Shown here: piece after piece, positions 43,618 through 57,362 of the stretch
How positions within the stretch are numbered: the first letter of the stretch is position 1
Layout: the number at the start of each line of letters is the position of its first letter
Source of the DNA: Octopus vulgaris
Taxonomy: Eukaryota
Length of the DNA stretch: 64,000 nt
Direction: 5' to 3'
NCBI GenBank assembly: GCA_951406725.2
Contig: OX597817.1
Span: forward strand, 5,394,001-5,458,000
Notes under the pieces: model-generated
Databases searched by the model: none
Seen by the model: only the letters and a program-made list of their open reading frames with translations
Told to the model about the DNA's origin: nothing
Program-made: the position numbers and the translations under genes

Positions 43618-44028
43618 CACATTTATATATGTATGTATGTATTTATATATATATATATATATATACATATAAGCAACGACAAGCAAACTAGGTACGTCTA
43701 TTTACATTTGAAATGGCCAACATTTCAAATACAAATACAAATTTTCCCCTGAAGAAGGAGACGAGGTTATCCAGTGACGGACCCTAATATCTGTCATATA
43801 TCAGGACCACCAAACCCACGAAAAGGCAGTAAGACTTTTAATACTTTACCTGTCTTATTTGTGATATAATTTATTCTGTAAGTTGAACTATATATTCTTA
43901 ATCATTCTTTTCGTTTAAATGCATCTTTATATATAAAGAGACGTTCCCATTTTGCTTATCGCTGCTTTATATATCTAACGGCTCAAGTTCTAATCTCTTG
44001 AGCACTTCGAAGTGTTTCTATAAATAGA

Positions 44029-44090
<62 letters not shown>

Positions 44091-44093
<3 letters not shown>

Positions 44094-44400
44094 GGCACAA
44101 TGGCCCAGTGGTTAGGGCAGCGGACTCATGGTCGTAGGATTGCGGTTTCGATTCCCAGACCAGGCGTTGTGAGTGTTTATTGAGCGAAAACACCTAAAGC
44201 TCCACGAGGCTCCGGCAGGGGGTGGTGGCGATCCCTGCTGTACTCTTTCACCACAACTTTCTCTCACTCTTTCTTCTGTTGGCCTGCTCGCTTAGCCAGC
44301 GGGGTGGCGTCATTTGAAGGCTAAAACAATGCGAAGCGCATTGTGACCAGCGATGTGTAACAACATCTGATGGCCTGGTCGTTCACGGTGATCACGGTGA
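44091..44400 (+). mobile_element. tRNA-derived SINE family 3 (3' half also on minus at 49712-49850)
   Basis: tggcccagtggttaggg (A box), ggtttcgattccc (B box); tail cacggtgatcacggtga+(TA)n. Confidence 0.88.
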
Positions 44401-45291
44401 TATATATATATATATATATATTGTGTGCCTCCATCTAGGAAGTGCCATTTTTATGTGATTGGGTGAGAATGTGAGTATGTAAGTGTACTCATAGTGTGTG
44501 CATTTGTGTATGTCGATGTGTGCGTGGCCTCGACGGGATTGTAAAAGTGAGGGATGGGTGAATTAAAAACGTAGACTTTCTTTGCGAATCCTATTTTATT
44601 GCTATTGTCACCACAAATGCCATTAATAGGCTGATGGTCATTCAACGCGTAACGTAATGCCTTGATCAATTAGAGAAATTCCAATTGGCTTCATTTTAAC
44701 TTCATTTTTACTTGCTTCTGAATGTTTTTATTAAGATTTATTAAAATTCATTATCTTAAAACCTACAATAGATATCAAATGGAAGTTAATAGCGTACAGT
44801 CAATTTGCATATTATGACACGCTCAAATGGAATAATCCTAAAATATTCATTTGATCCATGGTGCCTTCAAATCTTGACATCTAAGGAAGCGAATGGACTA
44901 TTGAATAATTACATATTTCCATATATTGTGGCATGCATTACACAACATTGTATAAATGCCATAAAATTGTATGTGATATGGAATAAAAATATTGTCCATC
45001 AACAGAAACAATGTTATTGTCGATGTGATTTCTCCTTTCGTCCCTTAAAATATTTCTTTTATCATTCATTTAGCAGGACTTGAGTTACTCCTACCGGATC
45101 TTACGTTGGAGCTGTGTAGTGCTATGGAAGTCTTAAGGATTTCCGTTTGCTGTTGGAATACTCTGCTAGCCAAGATCCGGGCACGATGTACTAATGAGGT
45201 GAGAACCAGGATTGTAATTGTCCCCTCAATCTCTTTTGTGTTCTCCCTCTATCTCTTTTTGTATACGCACACACACACACGCACACACATA

Positions 45292-45806
45292 TACGAGGTC
45301 TGATCAATAAGTATTCGGACTGTTGTCATGGTAACGAAGCTAGCGCACGCGGAGTAAAGCCGCTTGGTACAACTTGACCTTGGATTCTGCTATGCATGTG
45401 CACTAAGTTTTAACGTCTAGACTTGGCTATGAAACGCGTGTATGCCAATTTTGTGCCAAAATTGCTTTCACCTGACCAAAATGACACGAGTTCCAGATGC
45501 GCAAGCTCTTCTTGATTGTGTCAAGAACGATGAAAGCTCTTTGAAAACTTTGCGTGCGCTCCTGAGCAGGTATCGCCAAGCTTTTCGCAAAATTCGATGC
45601 AGATTCTCATCTCAATTTTCTCTGTCATGATCAATGAGACAATCACACGCTACACACGTTCCTTCGAGCAGAAGTGAATTAGAACGCTAGAAATTAGTCC
45701 TCATGCACAGCAGAGTTCATGTTAAATTTGTACCGAGCGACTTCATGCTGTGTGTTTTAGATTCGTTACTTTGGCAACAGTCCGGATACTTATTGATCAG
45801 ACCATA
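45292..45806 (-). mobile_element. non-autonomous mariner with both TIRs
   Basis: ta-cgaggtctgatcaataagtattcggactgttg / caacagtccggatacttattgatcagacca-ta; internal ICIEFCEKLG transposase N-terminus on minus. Confidence 0.85.
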
Positions 45807-46269
45807 TATATATATGCACACAGATACATACATATATATTTGTGTAAGCATGTGAATAGATTTATGTATGTATGTGTGAGCGTGTGTATGAGCGTAGATA
45901 TGACCATATTACATTCGTTATGTATACTCATTTTATTCTTAACTGCACAGTGTTGTTACGTTTATAAAGAATTACTGGCTGTCAAAATAATGAAAATACC
46001 TCTACGCCAGTTATAATTTGTTTACATTCTTCATGAAAAGGTATATTCTTTTTATCTTCAGCAGTTGAGAAGAAGGTAAACTATACCTAATAATTTGCAG
46101 GATAGATGAAATTAATTGGATGATACTAACTTTTAACAGCTAAAGTTCATGTCGTTTATCAAAGAGTCATATATGCACATAGGGATGCGTGATGCCAAAT
46201 GGTTAGAGTGTTACCATCAATGCCATAAAAACCTTACGTTCGAATCCTGTACCAAGAGTTGTATAATGT

Positions 46270-47400
46270 CATAGTTCATCGAGAACTGATACATCCGCCC
46301 GCAGTGATTTGATCTGTTATTGCATTCCTATTTTCTACTTAGGACGTCTATTAACAAGGTCGGTCCTTTACTCTGTCATCCTGATCCCTAGTTGAGCAGT
46401 TACAACTGTAGCAGTGGAATAGATGAGGATATTTAACGTTGTTAGGTCATTTTCTTTATTTCTTAAGACCTGTCTAAGAGCAACAATATATATCATGTAT
46501 CTGTTGGTATTTTTATGCTATTTGAAAGCTATGGTAGCGGTTCTCTATTGATCACGTCAGTAAATTCAGTCTTACTGAGTTCTCGCATAATATCTTCTTT
46601 TGCTTCTATGATCTTTCTATTATTCACCTGAATTTCTGTCATATCTATTCTTGAGGTGAATCTACTTTCTCATATATTTTCACCTATTTGTTCTTCGCTA
46701 TTCTTTCTTCAGCCTCTGCGTTGGGATGTACATCTCGTACACTGGAGTCTGTGCATCTGTTACCTATTTCATCTGCATTGTTACTGCTTTTATTTGGTCT
46801 ACCAAGAGATATTTGTGTCCTAAAATGGTTAATTTCAGCGTCAGTTCACCTTTTATTCTTAATGATGCCTCTACGTACATTACTTAATTTATCTGCGTCT
46901 ATATATCTTCGTACTTCGTTGCCTTCTAAGTTTCTCCATGAAGTGTATGTTTGTACAATGAGGTTATTGTTTGGATTTAGTAGGGCAGTATAGAACTCTT
47001 TCAACACATCTCTATAATCCTTTCTAGTCTATTTCATGCGTTTTGCTTTAGGTGGTGTTTTGGTGGTGCCACTACAGATCTAGGGTTAGCGATATCCTAG
47101 TTCTGGTTACCTGGTAGTTCGTGTTTTTCTTTATTTTATCTTTTGAGAGTTTGTTCCAGCAGCAGATTTTTCGGCCCCAGTCTGGATCTCCACTGGGTAA
47201 CGCGGTCCTTGTCATTGGCGATGACCGATCCGGCATGTTTTGGCTTGTCATTAGAGCATTGAAGGTGAGAATAGGAAGTAGGTTTGTTAGTTCATGGTTG
47301 CCTTTTTGATCTAACACCGCTTTCTTGTTCTTTGACTAAATATATTTATCACATCGTAGGCTGATAGATCGAGAATCACCTCTAGATTTTTTGGGTCGCT
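46270..47400 (-). mobile_element. 5' (N-terminal) fragment of an R4/Dong-like retrotransposon ORF
   Basis: KRMK*TRKDYRDVLKEFY..WRNLEG..DADKLSNVRRGIIKNKR*TDAEI..REPLP..LNILIYSTATVV..LG..QIKSLRADVSVL. Confidence 0.72.
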
Positions 47401-47504
47401 ATGTTTTAGAGCATAACTGTTAAGTGATGTTCTAAACTGTGTGACTAAATTGCTCCTTTTTTATATTCGTTTGTGGAAAGTTGCTCTGTTTTTGTTTGGT
47501 TCAA

Positions 47505-48150
47505 CCTGCACAATCCTGACTAGGTCCATACGCGACAACCTCCACCTTATGCGATACATCATAGAAAGGGTGGAGTATAAACCTGGCTTCGGTGGGGAGC
47601 TGATCAATTTAGATCGATCGAAAACATTCGATAAGGACATCCATCGATATTTACAGGCCGTCCTCAAAGCGTCTGGCTTTGGCCTCGTATGCACAGCGGC
47701 ATTTGCTTGGTGGTCAAGCTTAATGGCCATCTCCCGGAACCGTTTCAAATCTCCCGATCAGTCCGTCAAGGGTGCCCTCTCTCCTCGATTCTGTACGTAT
47801 TGACTCTTGAGCCTTTACTGCGAAAGCTGGAGCTGCAGCTGGGCATCCTGCTCAAACCGGGAGACAGAAGGGTTGTGTCGGCGTATGCGGGCATCACCGT
47901 GATGGTGTTGGACACCTCAGAAATCGAGGTAGGAATAGGAAAAGTTGACGAGAGCAAAACTTAACGCGGAAAGGTCAGTAGGCTTGCAAATCGGAAGCAG
48001 AAGAGGCAAGTCGATACCGTCCAACAGCGTCGTTGGGCGCTGGAGGGACGGATCGGTAAAATTGGTTGGGATATGGTTCGGACCAGACCTCCAGGAAGAT
48101 AAAAATTGGGAGGGGGGAGTAGTGTAGCTAGTCTCACCCAGAAATAGGTT
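47505..48150 (+). mobile_element. decayed Tx1-like RT fragment
   Basis: RSIRDNLHLMRYII..GGELINLDRSKTFD..SVRQGCPLSSILYVLTLEPLLRKL..VVGRWRDGSVKLVGIWFGPDLQ matches the intact ORF. Confidence 0.92.
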
Positions 48151-48275
48151 ACGAGAAATAGGTTACGAGGTTTTGCATGTCGCGACTCATTTAATATTTA
48201 GGTTCCAATCTCTCTTTCTCTTTCTCACTCTCTCTCTCCTTTTCTCTCTCTTTCTCTCTCTCTCTCTGTCTCTTG

Positions 48276-48533
<258 letters not shown>

Positions 48534-49377
48534 TAGATAGCTATATCCCCCTCTCTTTTTGTTGTACACGCTTCCTGTCCCTATTATTCTTCACTCTCGC
48601 ATGCTTTCTCTTTTTCTCTCCCTCTGCCTTTCCCCTACTCTCTCCCACTCCCTCTTTCTTCTCTACTCTCTCTCTCCCCCCTCTATCTCTCTCTCTCTAA
48701 TATTTAGGATACGCTTACACCATAAACATTTGTGACATTCACGCCTTTCAGACGATCATTACAGATACAAGTAAAGTTTTATGCTTTCAATTAGAAACTA
48801 AAACTGTGTTGTATTTCCGCTTACAAGAGGATTACCCGCTTTCTTTATTGTATAAGGCATACACATTATATTATATTGATACCTTAGAACTAGGTACTAG
48901 ACACAATTATCAAAGGGAATTATACAGTCAAACAAATTGATGTTAGTAAATTTATTGAGGCTGAAATGATGAAAGATATCCCGTTGGGATTTAGGCACAA
49001 AAGATAAAGGGACAGAGGCAATTATTTAGGGTAAAATAATACGGTTTCTGGAAATTCGCCTCCCTCAAGTAAACATTTGGTTGTGCAGTTTTGACAAAGA
49101 TGTGCAATATTTTGTTCCAAGAGGAGATTACATTTCCGTCGTGAATTCACAGCAGGAAGAAGCTAACTACAAAACGCTAAAAAGGATAAAATTGTAAGGA
49201 ACACACACACGCACACACATAAATACGCATGCGCGTTTTCTCCATAACATTGACTCCAAGATTATATATATAAACAGTATTGTCATAAAGATTCCACGAG
49301 TTGACTACTGTACTCTATATGGCTTAATCATAGTTCAATGGAATGGCCTGGAAACTACAAACACACCGAGGAAATAT

Positions 49378-49690
49378 ATGTCATGGGTCAGTGGTTAAAG
49401 TATCCGGCTTACAATCAATAAATAGAGGGTTCCAATCCCGGATCGAGCTGTGAGTTGTATTTTTGATAAAAGACACCTTATTTCACGTTGCTCCAGTTCA
49501 CTCAGCTGTAGAAATGAGTTGCGACGTCACTGGTACCAAGCTGTATCAGCCATTGCCTTTCTCTTGGACGAAATCAGTGAAGTAGAAAAGGAGGACCGAT
49601 AAGCATGAGCTGGTCTTACGTAATTAACTTTATTCAGACTGGTGCCTCAGAGGAGAATTGATGACCGAAGGGGTCTTTACCTTTTCCCCT
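49378..49690 (+). mobile_element. SINE family 2, decayed
   Basis: cacgttgctccagttcactcagctgtagaaatgagttgcgacgtcac..gaccgaaggggtctttacc matches rc of 9600-9943. Confidence 0.85.
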
Positions 49691-49964
49691 TTCCCCTTTA
49701 TATATATATATATCACCGTGATCACCGTGACCGACCAGGTTATCAGATATTGCTACACATCGCTGGTCACAATGCGCTTAGCATTGTTTTAGCCTTCAAA
49801 TGATGCCACCCCGCATGGCTAAGCGAGCAGGAGGCCAACAGAAGAAAGAGAGAGACAAGGGGATAGAGGGAGAGAGAGAGAGATAAAGGATATAGACATA
49901 TTCATATATGTATCATCATATATATATATATATATAAGTATATATCATTATATATATATATTTT

Positions 49965-50213
49965 TTGCTTGGTTCAGCTTAGAGCTGCGGCCATGCTGAT
50001 GCACCGCCGTTTTATGCTACACTGTTATTACGACGAACCTCGTCTAATATGTGGCACTTGGTGAAGAATGGACTTTGACATAGCTACTCTCATTTGCACC
50101 TCTTGCCGTGAGGTAGGTTCATCTGGGACTCTCGACAGGAAGATGTCCAGCTTTGATTTAAAAGCTGCTACATCTACTTTGTGCAAGTTCCTCAGACTCT
50201 TTGGGAGAATATT
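49965..50213 (-). mobile_element. CR1/L2-type LINE 3' end
   Basis: NILPKSLRNLHKVDVAAFKSKLDIFLSRVPDEP..SILHQV, a typical CR1-group ORF2 C-terminus, plus 3' stem-loop tail. Confidence 0.85.
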
Positions 50214-50372
50214 TGGGTTTTTTTGCACCTAACCTGTACCCTCCGGGTACAGTGGTGCGCCTAAGTATTAATTTCAGGTGTTAGCAGTCTTGCCCTCAGT
50301 AAACCCTCCTTGAGCAAGCTCCCAACCCCCTGCGAGGACGTATATATATATATATATACGCACACATACACG

Positions 50373-50408
<36 letters not shown>

Positions 50409-50869
50409 GTTTTTTTATGACCACATTACATGTATGGCCCACGCTACTAAAAGTTTCACGCACATGGAACACATGTACTTCTACCATCTCATGTTCGTAT
50501 TCTTGTTACTTTTTATTCTATTACATTTCAAATATTTTATATTTCAACATATATTTAATATTATTATCATATGTATATATTTTTCATATTCTCTTTTTAT
50601 TTACATTTTTAATATTTATAGTATTGTAAATTATATTTGCACATGCCCCTTTTTAAAATCTGTTCTATCATTCCTTACATCTTATAAAATTCTTTTTCTC
50701 TCATCAAAATTTTTCCGTTCGATTTTACACCATTCGATCATCGCATCTCGATATTTGCTGTCTGCGTAGTCTGACTATTGGTATCTTGCATATAATCTGT
50801 TCTAATATTGGGCTTCTTTCAACCCGTTTTTAAATTCGGGCCAGTATCTAAACTGCTTATGTCCGATGG

Positions 50870-50935
50870 TATGGCTGTCGCCTGAAGAACATACATGGAT
50901 TCCGTGTCGTGAAACTTTCAGTAGCGTAGGCCATA
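50870..50935 (+). ncRNA. type I hammerhead ribozyme, intact core
   Basis: tatggctgtcgc CTGAAGA ac.atacatgg att ccgtgtc.gt GAAAC tttca GTA gcgtaggccata. Confidence 0.8.
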
Positions 50936-51039
50936 CAGGTGAAGTGTTCATGTTCATGAAAATCAATATTTACTCTCGTTAGATGGAGTACTCTTTTTTG
51001 TTGATCCTAGACATACGGACCAATTTATCACACACACAC

Positions 51040-51072
<33 letters not shown>

Positions 51073-51079
51073 GATATAT

Positions 51080-51150
<71 letters not shown>

Positions 51151-51213
51151 TAGATAGATACATACATACATACATACATGCATACATACATAATCATACA
51201 TACATATATATAC

Positions 51214-51312
<99 letters not shown>

Positions 51313-51525
51313 GTCAATGTTTATTTCACTCCCCTACGACAAAACTACGAATCTTTTTTCGGCAGTACTATTTTGTGACTCACATTGTAAAAACGTTTGG
51401 AGGGAAATACGAATTCACTTGTCTGTATAAATGTGGATATGCTGATTAGCTTTTATATGTTCCGATGACGCTTAGTCGGAAATACAAGGGGTATGTTTTC
51501 CTAGCATTTCTAGATTTATCGGAAT

Positions 51526-51584
51526 ATTATGTTGATGAAGGAAATGAATCTTATGATTCTAATCCAGAAACGTACGTCCATAAT
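51526..51584 (+). ncRNA. minimal type I hammerhead motif with palindromic stem III
   Basis: attatg TTGATGA agga..gaatc ttat gattc..tcca GAAAC GTAC GTC cataat. Confidence 0.75.
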
Positions 51585-51763
51585 TAACTGAAGACTGTTT
51601 GATTTCATTATTTTTCGTCTTTTTTGCCATATGTGAGTTACAAATATTGTTGTCTGTGGAGACATATTTTTGTAGAAAAAGGAAATAGTAGTTCTTTGGC
51701 TGCTATTTCTAAAATTTTCGGTATGTGGTCAAGCAACTTGTTGCAAAACCCTTATTGTTATAA

Positions 51764-51846
<83 letters not shown>

Positions 51847-51849
51847 AGA

Positions 51850-53515
51850 AACAATTGAGATTCATTTGAATTAGGTACTTAAGTTGAAGCACCAAGTCAG
51901 TGCGATATTGTCCGAACAACTCAAAGTAAGATGAATAAAATTAAAATAAGCAACAGGATATAAGGAGGTGATGCAGCACGACCGTTTCAAGCGACTCCAT
52001 TTAAATGAACAATGCTATCATTACATCAATTTAAATGCAGATCTATCCTCAGCTACATAAATAAATAAAATTTTCATATTTTAGGCTCAAGCATAAGGCC
52101 AATTGCACGTCCTTATCTAGCAAGATTTGGGAACTGAAGGAAAGCGGTATCGAATTTAGCCTTAAATTGGATATTATAAGGAAAGCGCAGCCTTATAGAG
52201 ATAGTCGATACGGGTGCGAGCTGTGCTTTATCAAAACTTATGAAATTTTTAAATATAGGGCCAAGAGCAACCTGGTTAATAATAGATTAGACCTAAGGTA
52301 TCATGTGTACATAGGGTCACCCGAACATGTAAATATTTTCGAAATTAACGTTTATAGGTGCTGCAATGGAACCTGGATAAGGGAAATTAATATTAACGTT
52401 GTATATGATGCGAACTTACTCCCTAGTATTGTATACAATAAGTTATATATATTTTCTATAATTCCTTATTGTGTTTTCGTATGTTGATGCCTTTACCTAT
52501 CAACCTCTTATCTCTTATAAGTTATTAATGTTCCTCCAGAGAAATATAAACTTTCTAATTACTTAAGTCTAGAAGAGTTGATTATAACATACCCAAAATA
52601 AAGTACAAATATTTGTGTATATTTATGTGTGCACATGGTTAAATATGTGTATGTATCTGTGCAACTTATTGTTCCGATTTTTTTTCTGATTCTTAGCTTA
52701 TAACTAATATAAAGATAATATGATTTATCGCTCCAGTATTCCATAAGTAAAAACCCAGAGTGATCTATAGAAACCACCTTATAAGTAAATAATTAAGTAC
52801 AGGAATGAATATTAAACTAATTCTATATAATCTTCCCTTTCTAATGTTGAAAACTGGTATATATACACAGTTTGTCTATTCTGACTATAATATCATTTTT
52901 AGTAATCTTAAATTTTATCTTCGTACAACATAACAATACTGTTTATATACAATCATCCATTGTATCCCATGAAAATATCCTCTGTATTAACATCATATGC
53001 TTTATTTGCGTCTTGCCCCTTTAAGTGGTAATTAACATCTTGATTGAGGGTCTTCCCCTATCCAGCCTCCTTTATAGACATTTATGCATTTCCTAAAATC
53101 CTGACAATATTTAAGACCATACCCAACTATAAACTGTCAACTCACTCCGTCTATCCATTCTAAACAGACACTGTCCTCTAGCCTTAGATTTGGTAGTTGA
53201 TAAAAAAAGACTGATAATCTAAAAATGAACCACAATCTGTTACAAGCTACGACCCTAAGAAACTTCATACAGTTCTTAGAAGTGTAGTATATTTTGAGCT
53301 ACATTAGTAGCAACATGGATTTTCCCTCTTCTTGCTCAATTAGAAAATTACAGTAAAAATATATTAACGTGTCCAGCTGATTAAAAATTCTATTTATGCA
53401 GCTGAGGATAGCCCTGCATTTAAATTGGTGTAATGATTGCATTGTTCACTTAAATGGAGCAGCTTGAAACGGTCATGCTGTATCACCTCTTGAGATCCTT
53501 TTGCATATTTTGATA
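51850..53515 (+). mobile_element. 5'-truncated Penelope-like (Neptune-type) element with inverted pLTR copy at its 5' end
   Basis: KHKANCTSLSSKIWELKESGIEFSLKLDIIRKAQPY..GCELCFIK..LVNNR (GIY-YIG C-terminus); 51950-52070 is the rc of 53390-53510, both with CTGAGGA..GAAAC. Confidence 0.85.
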
Positions 53516-53539
53516 TATGTATATATATATATATATATA

Positions 53540-55500
53540 TAACAAGCAAACGCACCTATCGTCTTGATGGCTTAAGTTATTCTGGTGGTATTTTTTCACC
53601 AAATAATTGAACTACCGAGAAGGTTTTTGAGTTGCACAACAATCTTTGCTTCTGATTAACCTAGCAACAGAAAACCAAATTGAAGGCTGATTATTGTGGA
53701 AGTCGTTGCATTTTAATGATCATAGAACATATAAGTTTGCAAGTGATGCAAAGCAGAGCTGCTGAAGTGTTTTGGGAGTAGATTATGGATAATGACTACA
53801 AAATATAGTTGTTTCACATGAAAGCGAAATTTCTTGTTAGAAACAACCACATAAAAGGTGTAAGGAAATTGAAGGAAGATTTTGAAACTTCCCCTCTGCA
53901 ACTTTATTTTATTCAACAGCAAATGGAGCTATTTTTTCGGTGAGAAGTATGATTGGTACGTTCAAAAACGGCAATATAATACCTACTGGAAAAAGTAGAG
54001 TGAAAGGCATGTATTTGCTAATGTACGACCACTCTGAAATTTACTTCAGGTAATGAAGACATGAAGAGTTTGAGTTCACTTCAAGAATACTGCTTTGAAT
54101 GTTTACCAGTTCGCAGTGAAAAGCTGACAGATAATTGTGAAGTTGTAATGATGGTAAAAGTGAGCAGGATGCACGTATATACGTACTCAACATAACCAGC
54201 ATAAGTCTTATTCTGAACAGAGAGTTTACTTAGAGATGTCCCTCTGCGTATAACGACAGTCATTAATGAGCTATCATGAAAGACTGAAAAAGATCATGTC
54301 CACCGGTAACGCACAATGAAAATTGGAGAATGATTTCATTGTATTCGAGTTTTTAGCCATTCAGACCAAAGTCAGAATTTGTACAGTCTACACTTCCCGA
54401 AGTTCATTCAAAAGAGGCATTTTTTATTCTAGGCGCCACCTGAGCTCGGCGAGCCGTTTGCTCAGTGGTATCTCTCATGAAGTAAATTTGAAGGAATGGG
54501 TGTTCAGCGTTGTTGACAGGAAGAATAGAACCTATCCGATGATAAGTTTGGCCTTGAATTTTGAACGTTGACATAGGAGTCTTCATGAATGAGATTGTGA
54601 CCGAAACTTGCCATCTGGAAGGCAAAGTTATAAGCGAGAATTTTCTGTATAGATAGATAGATAAATAGATAGATAGATAGATAGACAGAGTATTAACCAA
54701 GGAGTAAAAAGAACAAAGGCTAGGGAATTTTTTACAGATCAAGTAAGCGAACCTTTCCGTTTGAACAGCATAGGCCACCGGATTCTCCAACCCACTTGAC
54801 GGTCCTGCAAAACTGACATATTACAGACATATCCCCCGTAACAGTATCTCGTTGGGTGGTTTAATCCTCGGCAGGCAGGATCATAGTTGAGCCACTTCGA
54901 TGTCCATCGACTACTCGATGGCTTTCAATAGCCATAGGCAAGAGCCTACCGGTGAATATTAGACAGGTCTAACGTCGCGGCAGAAGTGGATGCAGCGTTG
55001 CGTGCCCGAGGAATAATACTCTCTTCTGGGGTTTCTTCGACCTTCGCAGCAGAAGTGGATGCAGCGTAGCGTGCCCGGCAGATAGCATCTTTTGTGGGGT
55101 TTCTGCGGCCCTTGCGGCAGCAGCACGCACTTGATAGGTTACATGCTGCTTTGGAGTAGTTGCAGCTCTAGCAGCGGGAGATCTTTTCAACAGTCTACAG
55201 CACCTTTGGTCCTCAGTTTCCTTAGACTGCCAGCGCTGCTGCCTTGCCGCTGCAGAAGACTTTCTGCCAATGCGAGCTCTCTTTTTATTATCTGGATAGG
55301 AAAATAGGTTTTAGTGTACCTAGTGGTTATCAATTTTATTATAAGATAACAAAAGCCCCCCTTATTCTGTCTTCCCACGTAGCCTACGCATAAACTAACA
55401 TCAAATGCCGCATAAGGTTAAATTGGAGTGGAGCTTTCTGAAAGCTCTTATTTAAAGGTTGATTCTTTAGAATGAATCATATGTGATTGTTTAAAAAAGG
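53540..55500 (-). mobile_element. Helitron Rep N-terminal remnant
   Basis: CCSNGKVRL..AYNFAFQMASFG..MSTFKIQGQTYHRIGSILP..PFLQIYFM; N-terminal ~69-bp ETPEE-type coding repeats at 54975-55130. Confidence 0.88.
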
Positions 55501-55780
55501 CTAGAATGACAATGCTAAAACGTATTTGAAACAATGAACTGCAATCAAAATATCATAATTGATGGGTAAATAAGCATCCTTAAAGTAAAACAATAAAACA
55601 ACATATTGGTAGGTAAACAAAATTATCAACAAAAAGAAGAGAAGAAATGGAACATCACCTTTCAAGTAACTCAGAATAGTTAAAGGTAAGCTTGCCAAAG
55701 TTTAATGCTGTTTAAATATGGAGAATAAGATTGTTTGATATTGGATATTCCTAGTCAATTTAATCACTGCCGCAGGTAGA

Positions 55781-56213
55781 CAGTCGAAATAAATAGACAA
55801 ACTACTTTTATAATATATTCTCAAACCAAAACACTCAAACAATACACACCAATACATATATATAAATAATATAGTAAGTAATAATACACAATTTCAACAT
55901 ATAAATAAGTAATAAATAAAAAATGGGAAAACAGCAAAAAAATATTCTGTAATGCAAATGTACGACCATATAGATTTTTAAAATATGGAAAACAGTCGAA
56001 ATAAATAAATAGACAAAATCTTTTCACTTTTACAATAATCTCTATCCAAAACACTCAGATAATAAACACCAATACACATATAAAAGAATATAGAAGGTAA
56101 TAATGCATAATTACATCATATAAATAGATAATAGATTTTTTTAAATGTGAAAACCACTAAAAAAATATGAAAACCACAATATATGGCAATATAGATTTTA
56201 AAAGTATGGAAGA
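55781..56213. repeat. diverged ~212-bp tandem duplication
   Basis: cagtcgaaataaata..ccaaaacactca..atatagatttt..aatatggaa repeated from 55993. Confidence 0.8.
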
Positions 56214-56247
56214 CCCTACATTTAAAAAAAAACTATGTACATACAAC

Positions 56248-56448
56248 GAATTAGAGAAAACCCGTGTAAACCACCGCTTTACCCGGTTTGTCCATTTACG
56301 TGGGAGCTCTGAGCAAAATGTGATAGGGCATTACCATTTTGGGACATAAGTAATGTGTGAGTACATTTGGGTGAAAATTAATTGTGAATTGTGTGAAATA
56401 TATGCGTTGCTCAATATACACACACATACTGTGATTTATATATACTAG
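56248..56448 (+). mobile_element. possible non-autonomous Helentron/HINE-like element
   Basis: 5' subterminal IR aacccgtgtaaa..tttacccggtt; 3' cacacatactgtgatttatatatactag. Confidence 0.45.
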
Positions 56449-56984
56449 GTTATGTAGGCACAAACATTTTGAAATTGTGTATTGAGGTTATATATTAAGA
56501 AAAAAGTACTCAGGATCTGGATAGATACTATTTATTTAGCGCCTTCATTCTCTTCAGGGATTCATCATGGATTGGTTTTCTACAGAGAATTCATACATTT
56601 TCTATATATCTGAGTTAGGGGAAATTTGTCTTCTTAGGTTTTAAAAAAAAGGGAGTTTGAGATGTGTTCATTTGAGATATTGTTTGTCATTTTGAGTCAT
56701 ATATGTTGTAGTAATTTTTTAAACAAATCATACATGAAAGATTTGTGGTGACTTCGTCTGAGAGAAAAGAAATAACGAAAGAAAGGTAGAAAAACAAAGA
56801 AAGATTGAACAAAAGATAGACAAAGAAAGAATGAGATAGAGATGTGTTTTTCTCTGGGATGGTTGAAATTCATGACAGGTCAAAGGGGTCAGTTTTTATC
56901 AGTGGCAATAAATTTCTTTTGATCATTGAATAACTGGCAGGATTTTTTGTATGTTGTCACGTTGCCCAGCTATAGAAAATAGTG

Positions 56985-57362
56985 ATTGTGTGATAAGTAG
57001 CTTGCTCGCCAGTCACATGGCTCCGAGTTCAGTTTCACTGCGGGGCACCGTGGGCAAGTGTTTTCTACTATAGCCTCAGACCGACCAAAGCCTTGTGAGT
57101 AGATTTGGTAGACGGAAACTGAAAGAAGCCTGTCGTATATATGTGTGTGTGTGTTTGTTTGTTTGTGTGTCTGCGTTTGTCCCCCTCACCATCACTTGAC
57201 AACCGATGTTGGTGTGTTAACGTCCCCGTAAATTAGCGGTTCGGCAAAAGAGGCCGACAGAATCAGAACTATGCTACAAAGAATAAGTCCTGGGGTCGAT
57301 TTGTTCTACTAAAGGTGGTACTCCAGCTTGGTCCCAGTCAAATGACTGAAGAAATAAAAGAA
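56985..57362 (+). mobile_element. SINE family 1, older copy
   Basis: matches 11517-11960. Confidence 0.9.
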
